A DNA stretch of 37,181 nt, from positions 1 through 37,181 of IMG/VR virus record IMGVR_UViG_3300009502_000014. The stretch is one strand, 5' to 3'. Below the pieces are notes generated by a model. The model saw nothing but the letters and a program-made list of their open reading frames with translations, did no database searches and was not told the origin of the DNA. Source of the DNA: a virus. The position numbers and the translations under genes were made by a program. Below are positions 7,942 to 13,504 of this stretch, one piece after another (position 1 is the stretch's first letter; each line of letters starts with the position of its first letter).

Positions 7942-8941
7942 TTAAATCACTCCATTTGATAGGCCAATTCATAAGCCATTCTACCCAATCTGGATTAAGT
8001 TTGCCACCAGCGTGAGTTGCAAGCGTAGGAGTATTCCTGTTCTTTTTGCTCGGACTGTTGCACTCCTTGGCGTTGTGCGCTGTTGGAGTTGGAAATTGAA
8101 CTTGACCCATAATCGTTTCCAAATTCGGGTTGCGTTTCTGGTTCCATGCTGATTCTGGAGTTATCGTTGCCGCCATTGCTGAACAACTGCGTGGTGTCGG
8201 CCATGTCTGTTTGTCCCTCACCGCTTGATTGATCGTGTATTGGGCTGGCTGACCAGATTTGCGTTTTGGCGTCCAGTTTGGCTGTGTTCCTCGCTGACCG
8301 CAATTCGCATCTGGGGTTGGCCATATCGGTATCTTGCCGTAAACAACTTGCTCCCGTAGATTCATTGACGCATAACTGCGACCTGGGCGAGATTTGTTGT
8401 TGTATTCCATAATCCGATCCAACTTCTTGGGGGCTAATCCCTCCAAAGTGTTGGGTGTTGGCCAATATCCAGATTCTATCTCTTTTATGGTTTGCACCAA
8501 CGTCGGCTGCAGATACAACGCCCCATCTTGCATCAAACCCCAGCGCGGCAAGGTCAGCGAGAACGACATCGAGTCCTCTAGTAACGAGCATTGGGCTGTT
8601 TTCCACGAACGCGTATTTGGGTCTAACCTCGCCAATGATGCGAGCCATGTGCTTCCACATTGAGGACCGGGTGCCTGTGATTCCTGCACCCTTTCCGGCT
8701 GCGCTGATGTCTTGGCATGGAAACCCGCCAGATACAACATCAACAATTCCTCGCCACGGGTTTCCGTCAAAGGTTTGACAGTCATCCCATACTGGGAAAG
8801 GCGGGAGAACTTTGTCATTTTGTCGGGCGCACAATACGCTAGCTGGATATGGCTCCCACTCGACTGCGCAGACTGTTCTCCATCCGAGCAAATGTCCCCC
8901 AAGTATCCCTCCACCAGCACCCGCGAAAAGAGCCAACTCAT
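7508..8941 (-). CDS. C5-methyltransferase C-terminal part (frame B, 477-aa ORF)
   Basis: Contains YWPTP, IWPTPDA, TWPTPRS and FPTPTA repeats, then LNPDWVEWLMNWPIKWSDL, WWNRDP and IVPRVV...VDRLKAIGNGQVP (motif X-like). Its ATG directly follows the upstream stop (TGAATG) and its stop overlaps the next ATG. The first 155 or so codons overlap the frame-A catalytic motifs. Confidence 0.7.
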   Translation of the reverse strand: MSWLFSRVLVEGYLGDICSDGEQSAQSSGSHIQLAYCAPDKMTKFSRLSQYGMTVKPLTETRGEELLMLYLAGFHAKTSAQPERVQESQAPGPQCGSTWLASLARLDPNTRSWKTAQCSLLEDSMSFSLTLPRWGLMQDGALYLQPTLVQTIKEIESGYWPTPNTLEGLAPKKLDRIMEYNNKSRPGRSYASMNLREQVVYGKIPIWPTPDANCGQRGTQPNWTPKRKSGQPAQYTINQAVRDKQTWPTPRSCSAMAATITPESAWNQKRNPNLETIMGQVQFPTPTAHNAKECNSPSKKNRNTPTLATHAGGKLNPDWVEWLMNWPIKWSDLNEFDPKEFERWQKTSATPLQKSVQMRTMWWNRDPSQTSHRSQHEQQHEQQHCDSLHQVSRVDSCESTLERSYEGQDLPVLRDSVHLQTTERENLQSGVWEQTCMDETQIVPRVVGTGTATVDRLKAIGNGQVPLCAATAWELLK

Positions 8942-8945
8942 TCAA
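7995..8945 (-). CDS. C5-methyltransferase N-terminal catalytic part (frame A, 316-aa ORF, TTG start). Only about 8460-8945 looks protein-like.
   Basis: Motif I LFAGAGGG (8907-8930), motif IV GFPCQDIS (8703-8726), motif VI ENS (8595-8603), motif VIII HKRDRIWILA (8460-8489). The remaining 150 or so codons are low-complexity. There is no in-frame ATG; the first codon is TTG, 5 nt after a GGGGAG. Confidence 0.7.
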   Translation of the reverse strand: MNELALFAGAGGGILGGHLLGWRTVCAVEWEPYPASVLCARQNDKVLPPFPVWDDCQTFDGNPWRGIVDVVSGGFPCQDISAAGKGAGITGTRSSMWKHMARIIGEVRPKYAFVENSPMLVTRGLDVVLADLAALGFDARWGVVSAADVGANHKRDRIWILANTQHFGGISPQEVGSDYGIQQQISPRSQLCVNESTGASCLRQDTDMANPRCELRSARNTAKLDAKTQIWSASPIHDQSSGEGQTDMADTTQLFSNGGNDNSRISMEPETQPEFGNDYGSSSISNSNSAQRQGVQQSEQKEQEYSYACNSRWWQT

Positions 8946-9316
8946 GCTAACTCCCCAATTCGTTTTGCAATCCTTGACCTAAACTGGCCAAAATCCTCGC
9001 CCGGAAGCGGGTTAATACCCACCTCCCTGCCTTTTTCCATTGTCAACTGTTCCGTAGAGTACCAAGGCAATTTAGGCTTCTTAGGTTGTGCCTCGCTCAT
9101 ATCCAATTCATCCTCAAATCTGGCTTGATTTAGCCATGTAGAGGCATGAGGAATAAACTCGCTTGATGTATCTTTCAATTTCCAATACCGAATGTGATTA
9201 GGTAGTGTTTCCATCGCTAATTCTTGATCTGCTAATGTCATTTTATCCCAAGCCTTCTGTGCCATGCGCCGAGAAACTTTGCGCGGAAATTGTTGCCAAA
9301 ATTCGTCAAAATTCAT
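8942..9316 (-). CDS. Conserved-looking early protein, function unknown (FWQQFPRKV...HASTWLNQARFEDE)
   Basis: 124-aa track ORF. The pattern vaguely recalls N-termini of some phage replication-organiser proteins, but I cannot support that call. Confidence 0.55.
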   Translation of the reverse strand: MNFDEFWQQFPRKVSRRMAQKAWDKMTLADQELAMETLPNHIRYWKLKDTSSEFIPHASTWLNQARFEDELDMSEAQPKKPKLPWYSTEQLTMEKGREVGINPLPGEDFGQFRSRIAKRIGELA

Positions 9317-9396
9317 TTTTCCAATCGCCAGATTATGTATTTGAAAATAAGTGCCACAACTAATGACACCAAAAATGTATACAAATATTCCATCAT
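9313..9396 (-). CDS. Unlisted 27-aa hydrophobic peptide (MMEYLYTFLVSLVVALIFKYIIWRLEK)
   Basis: Translated nucleotide by nucleotide. ATGA overlaps with both neighbours. Confidence 0.45.
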   Translation of the reverse strand: MMEYLYTFLVSLVVALIFKYIIWRLEK

Positions 9397-9500
9397 TTAG
9401 ATAACAAAAAATCGAAAATTAAACTAAGACCAAACAATATCCACCATCCATGCCTAGCCTCAAATTTAATAAACGTAAAAATTATCAATAAATAAATCAT
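9393..9500 (-). CDS. Unlisted 35-aa hydrophobic peptide (MIYLLIIFTFIKFEARHGWWILFGLSLIFDFLLSK)
   Basis: Translated nucleotide by nucleotide. Its ATG overlaps the stop of the 245-aa ORF as ATGA. Confidence 0.45.
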   Translation of the reverse strand: MIYLLIIFTFIKFEARHGWWILFGLSLIFDFLLSK

Positions 9501-10234
9501 TCGTTCTTCTCTCTCAGCTTGGCTTCGATAGCTGTAAGTTGTCTCGTTGGGAATCCTGCGTGTTCAACAACAATTGAAGCTAATTCTTCGCTAGTCAGCG
9601 ATACCCATTCACGTTGTGATATTTCGCCAATACTGAACATGCCGTTTTCATCTGCCCTTAAACCATAAAACATATATTTAAATTGATGCTCAGTCCCCGC
9701 AGTATCCACATATTCCCCTGCCATGTGACTAGCTGTGCGGTCAAAGCCGTGGTCAACCTCATAATCCAGTCCCAACTCACGAGCGTTGGTGGCCTTCTTG
9801 TCTAGCGGGTGCTGTTTATTGCGTTGCACTTCCAAAGCTTTCCACCAACCCGCTGCATACGCCAATTCCATTTCTGGCGTTGTACATTCTGGAGGGTAAT
9901 CAAGTTTTTGCTCAGGCTGTGCGTCAAACTTATTGCGTGGATCAAACCCACCGCCAGAAACAATGTCGCTGTATTTTGATTGCTCAGGCTGTGCGACTGC
10001 GTGGCGCAACTCATAATTTCGCTGAGATAACTCATCAAGTTGTTTTCGATAATCATCTTCCAGTTTTTTTATGTAGTCTTGCTCAGGCTGTGCGAGTGCG
10101 GCTTCAATATGAGCTTTGTGCGCCTCTAACGCCATTTCACTGATACGCATAACGTATTCATCACCTTCACGCACCCACCGCCATATAAGCGCAGGTGTAA
10201 TTTGAACCTCTTCATATGGTTTGCTTGGTTTCAT
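9497..10234 (-). CDS. Hypothetical protein with three AQPEQ repeats
   Basis: 245-aa track ORF. Coiled-coil N-terminal half. Confidence 0.6.
   Translation of the reverse strand: MKPSKPYEEVQITPALIWRWVREGDEYVMRISEMALEAHKAHIEAALAQPEQDYIKKLEDDYRKQLDELSQRNYELRHAVAQPEQSKYSDIVSGGGFDPRNKFDAQPEQKLDYPPECTTPEMELAYAAGWWKALEVQRNKQHPLDKKATNARELGLDYEVDHGFDRTASHMAGEYVDTAGTEHQFKYMFYGLRADENGMFSIGEISQREWVSLTSEELASIVVEHAGFPTRQLTAIEAKLREKNE
9908..10094. repeat. Three perfect copies of the 16-mer TTGCTCAGGCTGTGCG (9908-9923, 9980-9995, 10079-10094)
   Basis: Read directly. Spacings are 72 and 99 nt. Each copy encodes AQPEQ on the minus strand, while the flanking sequence is not repeated. Confidence 0.9.
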
Positions 10235-10461
10235 TGCATCACCTCTGCCTTAGCGATTGCGGCTTTTGCTCTTGCAATCGTGCCTTCCATTGCTTGATAG
10301 TCGTATCGTTCCATTCTCCATAGCGATCCTTTCAACGCCTCAAGCAACTCCTGATTTACCTCATGCAAGCGGCGTAGTTCGGTGGCAGATTCTTCGTGAT
10401 GTGCGCTCTTATCGCCATCTAATAATTCAGCCAGCCTTAAAGCCTCTGGTTGCTTACTCAT
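10231..10461 (-). CDS. Hypothetical protein
   Basis: 76-aa track ORF with 4-nt overlap downstream. Confidence 0.5.
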   Translation of the reverse strand: MSKQPEALRLAELLDGDKSAHHEESATELRRLHEVNQELLEALKGSLWRMERYDYQAMEGTIARAKAAIAKAEVMQ

Positions 10462-10693
10462 TTCTCATCCTCAAACATTTTGGACAAACGCAGGTTGCTT
10501 GCTGATTTCTTGTGCTTGGTAAAGCACTTGATGCTTGCGTCTGACCAACAAGCTCCAACTCCCGCAACTCGCGGGCGGCGGCAAGTGCTTTAAGATGTTT
10601 ATCAAACGGGATTGATGATTCTTGGTTAATTGGCTTACTGGTCTCAAGCGCATCAATAATTAAATCAATCTTGTTCATGATTACCCCTTGCAC
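10454..10693 (-). CDS. Hypothetical protein
   Basis: 79-aa track ORF in the operon chain. Confidence 0.45.
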   Translation of the reverse strand: MQGVIMNKIDLIIDALETSKPINQESSIPFDKHLKALAAARELRELELVGQTQASSALPSTRNQQATCVCPKCLRMRNE

Positions 10694-10985
10694 GGATTAA
10701 TTTTGCAACTGTTTTTGCCCACACAGCGTCAGGTGCTTTGGGATGCACTCGACCATCTGCCTCGACTAGCGCAGCACAAACCTCACGCTCTTTCAGCACC
10801 GCTTGCTCTACAGCATCACGCATAATCTCAAGGTAATGCTTAGCACAGGCTTTTGTTTCGTCCTGCCTGATTAGTTCTGCAAAGCGTTCAAGGTGTTTTG
10901 AGTCATCGTATGCAACCCAAAATCCACGACTTTCTGACCAAACAAGTTCAGCCTGTTCAGCTAATTCTTTTATGCGCTTGTTCAT
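10665..10985 (-). CDS. Hypothetical protein
   Basis: 106-aa track ORF. GGAGG lies upstream of its ATG. Confidence 0.55.
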   Translation of the reverse strand: MNKRIKELAEQAELVWSESRGFWVAYDDSKHLERFAELIRQDETKACAKHYLEIMRDAVEQAVLKEREVCAALVEADGRVHPKAPDAVWAKTVAKLIRARGNHEQD

Positions 10986-11004
10986 AGAACCTCCGCTGAT
11001 TTTA

Positions 11005-11020
11005 GCCCCCCGTAGGGGGC
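11005..11020 (-). promoter_or_regulatory. Intercistronic GC hairpin (minus-strand RNA GCCCCC-UACG-GGGGGC)
   Basis: 6-bp G/C stem with a UNCG-type tetraloop. It sits between the stop at 11028 and the start at 10985. No U-run follows. Confidence 0.6.
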
Positions 11021-11027
11021 GGTTGAT

Positions 11028-11249
11028 TTAATGTTCAAAAGCTACGCAGATTGTGCAGCCGCTGCGTTTGCAATCGTGACTCTTGCGGTACTTAATTGCG
11101 TCTAAAGAAATAGGCGGATCTACCAAATCAAAAAATTCAATGTCGTAGCCCACGTCATCGATGTGGCAAATTTCATCTTTGCCAATCCACGAGTCTGCAG
11201 CGGCAACCACAAACATGGCCTCACCACCAGCGTTTAACTCTTGTTTCAT
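11028..11249 (-). CDS. Hypothetical protein
   Basis: 73-aa track ORF. Confidence 0.5.
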   Translation of the reverse strand: MKQELNAGGEAMFVVAAADSWIGKDEICHIDDVGYDIEFFDLVDPPISLDAIKYRKSHDCKRSGCTICVAFEH

Positions 11250-11733
11250 AGTATTTCTTCCTTTAAAAGTTGGCGGGCTTTAATTGCTGCGGGTGACTTT
11301 GGGTCGGCATCATCAAGAAGGTGAACCATGGCAACCAAAAGATTGCCTGTATAGTTTTGAAGGCTTTCCAATTTAGAAAAGCGAGGAGCATACTTGTGAT
11401 CTGCGCAGTGCGAAAAACCTGAATCTCTCGGGCCAAACTCGCCGCCGCATTGACTGCAAAATGTTTTGCTGAATTTCATATTAATCTCCTGGCCCCCTTG
11501 GTCATATCGCAGGGGCGGTTGATTAGTTTTTAGGTGATAAGATGACGTCAGCTTCAAGCAACAATTAACGTAATAAACATCATCTGGCTTAGGCTTCTTT
11601 CGGTATTCGGCAAACTCTTCCCATATTAAATGACGTGGCTCATCACACCATTCACCTTGACCGGGTACTGCACGGTATTGAATCTCTGCACCATCGCCCA
11701 CTTCTTAATAAACTCTGCGTGTTTATGTTTCAT
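11246..11733 (-). CDS. Hypothetical protein with an apparent -1 frameshift near its 5' end. It may be two genes, with a second start at ATG 11479.
   Basis: The ATG at 11733 overlaps the upstream stop as ATGA and encodes MKHKHAEFIKKW. The long ORF (track 11246-11701, GTG start) continues one frame back as GDGAEIQYR...EYRKKP. The joined product is collinear with the 15648-15800 paralog. Confidence 0.5.
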
Positions 11734-12056
11734 TTTGACCACTCCAATTGACCCCATATGCCGGGGTGTTTTTTAGCTAATAAAATTGCTTCTTCGCACG
11801 TTGTATCCTGCCCACTAAAGCGCCATGCCGTAAACGGTGTTCTGCTGCCTTCCATCGCCACTTTTGCACGTTGGATACCAGGATATTGAACCATCGTCAT
11901 AATTTTATGCACGTTGTAATCCTTCACCCCTGTCAACTCTGCAATGGATTTGGCATTGATCCATTTCCCACCTTGAGCAATTACGGTATCAATGATCTTT
12001 GTTTGCTGGGGTGACATATTCAATCCGTCCATCAGGATAAAAAAGGGTGTTTTCAA
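11730..12056 (-). CDS. Hypothetical protein (likely start at an internal ATG, 12032 or 12017)
   Basis: 108-aa track ORF. Confidence 0.5.
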   Translation of the reverse strand: MKTPFFILMDGLNMSPQQTKIIDTVIAQGGKWINAKSIAELTGVKDYNVHKIMTMVQYPGIQRAKVAMEGSRTPFTAWRFSGQDTTCEEAILLAKKHPGIWGQLEWSK

Positions 12057-12165
12057 TGCGGCTGGGTTTATACAACAAATCTAGGCTGTTCGGCCTTGTT
12101 GCACATTGTTCCAGCGTAAAACCTTTGTAATCAGGTCGCTTCATATAATCAATTTTTTCTTTCAT
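11989..12165 (-). CDS. Unlisted 58-aa ORF (MKEKIDYMKRPDYKGFTLEQCATRPNSLDLLYKPSRIENTLFYPDGRIEYVTPANKDH)
   Basis: Hand translated. Its ATG overlaps the stop of the 78-aa ORF as ATGA. It fills the gap at 12057-12161. Confidence 0.4.
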   Translation of the reverse strand: MKEKIDYMKRPDYKGFTLEQCATRPNSLDLLYKPSRIENTLFYPDGRIEYVTPANKDH

Positions 12166-12398
12166 TCGGACACCTCGTATTTTGTATCGACAATTTCAGC
12201 GTCATCAATCAAATCGACGTAAAGTTCGTAATTCATGTTTTCTTTGACACACTCCAATGCGTCAATACAATCTTTTGCCAAAATGTTGATAACAATTTTT
12301 TTGGTAATAACAACAGTTACGTTAAATTCTTCGTATTCTGTTAAATGCTCGTCACCGTGGATGTGATCGTTGCGCCCAGTGTCTGGATGTAAGCCCAT
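12162..12398 (-). CDS. Small, strongly acidic protein (19 D/E against 6 K/R in 78 aa)
   Basis: Track ORF. It has its own near-consensus promoter and an AGGTGA SD. Confidence 0.65.
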   Translation of the reverse strand: MGLHPDTGRNDHIHGDEHLTEYEEFNVTVVITKKIVINILAKDCIDALECVKENMNYELYVDLIDDAEIVDTKYEVSE

Positions 12399-12441
12399 TT
12401 GTTCACCTGTATTTGTTTAATGGCGTTGTTGCCATGACTAG

Positions 12442-12470
12442 ATATTAAGCTATCTTAATACTAATGTCAA
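12442..12470 (-). promoter_or_regulatory. Sigma70-type promoter TTGACA-17 nt-TAATAT with embedded palindrome ATTAAG-ATAG-CTTAAT
   Basis: The minus strand reads TTGACA TTAGTATTAAGATAGCT TAATAT. -35 is at 12465-12470, -10 at 12442-12447 and the palindrome at 12445-12458. Confidence 0.7.
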
Positions 12471-12484
12471 ACTAGGGACAAACC

Positions 12485-12685
12485 CTAAGCGTTGCGTTTA
12501 TTCCATATTTCAGTAGCTAATTCTGGTTCTTGTTGCGCCCAATTTGTTCCACCACAATGAACATTAATACACCTAACACGCCACCAGTTTTTTTGGTTTG
12601 GCATTGGTTCTAATGTTGCTTTGTTATTGCAAAACGGGCAGTTTTTTAAAGTGTTTGCTAGTGTATTTAGTTTATTGGCTTTCAT
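12485..12685 (-). CDS. Lar-family restriction-alleviation-like zinc-ribbon protein
   Basis: 66 aa. CPFCNNKA...RVRCINVHCGG...TEIWNKRNA matches the Lar_restr_allev pattern (CPFCG...C..C...A...WN.R). Confidence 0.6.
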   Translation of the reverse strand: MKANKLNTLANTLKNCPFCNNKATLEPMPNQKNWWRVRCINVHCGGTNWAQQEPELATEIWNKRNA

Positions 12686-12930
12686 TTGCTAAACCTTTTA
12701 GAAATAGAACGACCAACCCGCAATCTCACGATTTGCGAAATTGTTAGGTGCTGTATACCGTAACCACGGCTGTTCCAGTTGGCCTAACCCAATGACTGGA
12801 GGGCATGGCGGGTGTCGACCCCGATCTCCGTTTCTACCTATTTAACGGCTTCTGCCCCAACTAATCTTTCTTCTTTAGTGCGCTTGATCTTTGCCCACTA
12901 CTGGATTAACTGCCCAATAAGCAAATCGGC

Positions 12931-13012
12931 GAAGAAATAAAAAAACCGCTTTAATCTGTATCTTGGTGAGAGGCCCCTTTTTTTACAGGGCAAGATACAG
13001 ACTAAAACGGTT
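12931..13012 (-). terminator. Long-stem intrinsic terminator, possibly also an RNase III-type site
   Basis: On the minus-strand RNA, AACCGUUUUAGUCUGUAUCUUG pairs with CAAGAUACAGAUUAAAGCGGUU (22 bp including 2 G-U). There is an apical CCCU/GGGG hairpin and a 9-nt bulge. UUUUUUUAUUUCUU follows. Confidence 0.7.
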
Positions 13013-13048
13013 TCATCGGCTCTCACACCAATGTTTAAATTATACACT

Positions 13049-13084
13049 AAAAAGAAAACCCACCCGTACTTTCGCAGAGGGGTG
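13049..13084 (-). terminator. Intrinsic terminator with a GAAA tetraloop
   Basis: Minus-strand RNA CACCC-CUC-UGC-GAAA-GUA-C-GGGUG followed by GUUUUCUUUUU. Confidence 0.6.
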
Positions 13085-13221
13085 AGCCGTGTTGCAAAGC
13101 AAGTCTTACTTTGGGACTGTGTTTAGCCACCTAAGTAACTAAAGGAAAATTATAAAAGGGAAGCTAGTCTTTTCCTAGCAGTCACCCCTGTCAGTAGTAG
13201 GCTACTGTCCCCTGGCTTTTC

Positions 13222-13446
13222 TCAGGGCTGCAATTCAGGCCATATTTCAAGCCAAGATGCGGGAAATAATCCTTTGCGTGTATATTTGCCATTGCTGTGT
13301 TTTTCAAGCTGTGCTGCCAAAAAAATCAATTTTTCTTGTGGTACACCTGCAACACGCCATTGACTAACCGCCGCTGGACTAATTCCACACATCTTGGCTA
13401 CCTTCGTCGTACCGCCTAATATGTCAATGATTTCTTTATGTTTCAT
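13222..13446 (-). CDS. Cro/YdaS-like HTH regulator
   Basis: 74 aa. GGTTKVAKMCGISPAAVSQWRVAGVP is a Cro/YdaS-type HTH. It is the first gene of the leftward unit and has no SD. Confidence 0.75.
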   Translation of the reverse strand: MKHKEIIDILGGTTKVAKMCGISPAAVSQWRVAGVPQEKLIFLAAQLEKHSNGKYTRKGLFPASWLEIWPELQP

Positions 13447-13452
13447 AGATTT

Positions 13453-13481
13453 ATTTTACTTAATGTTAAGTTTGCTTGCAA
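13453..13481 (-). promoter_or_regulatory. Leftward promoter TTGCAA-17 nt-TAAAAT (predicted leaderless transcript)
   Basis: -35 at 13476-13481, -10 at 13453-13458. The ATG A at 13446 is 7 nt past the -10. Confidence 0.55.
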
Positions 13482-13504
13482 CAATTAAAATAATCAATTA
13501 AGAT
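13476..13504 (+). promoter_or_regulatory. Rightward early promoter TTGCAA-17 nt-TAAGAT
   Basis: It uses the same palindromic -35 hexamer as the leftward promoter. The operator-like TTAAGATAGCTTCA (13499-13512) overlaps the -10. An AGGTGA SD precedes ATG 13548. Confidence 0.55.

Larger units (their letters stand above)
12686..13221 (-). promoter_or_regulatory. 535-nt ORF-free structured intercistronic leader
   Basis: No ORF over 20 codons with a start and SD on the transcribed strand. Contains multiple hairpins with GNRA loops on the minus-strand RNA, plus two terminators. Confidence 0.6.

Noticed and set aside
8394-9128. Plus-strand ORFs 8394-8663, 8455-8778 and 8712-9128 (also 7585-7959), antisense to the methyltransferase/HNH locus.
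   Set aside because: No motifs, no SD or promoter context, and low-complexity translations. They reflect the stop-poor composition of this locus, which I noted as a caveat for the dual-frame finding.
9908-10094. The three 16-nt repeats as a possible mini CRISPR array.
   Set aside because: The repeats are too short, their spacing is irregular (72 and 99 nt), they are in frame inside a continuous ORF, and no cas genes are present.
12795-12865. A tRNA-like fragment on the minus strand: a T-arm-like hairpin CGGG-GUCGACA-CCCG followed by ...UGCCCUCCA, with GGGGCA able to pair with UGCCCU.
   Set aside because: No D-arm. The other enclosed hairpin has an 11-nt loop, so it is not an anticodon arm. 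The T-stem has only 4 bp, and no 7-bp acceptor stem can be drawn. I treat it as part of the structured leader, not as a tRNA gene.
13039-13044. A perfect TATAAT on the minus strand just after the first terminator, considered as a possible internal promoter for the leader RNA.
   Set aside because: There is no acceptable -35 at 16-18 nt, where the sequence is GGGTGG/ACGGGT, and no TG extension. Kept only as a remote possibility.
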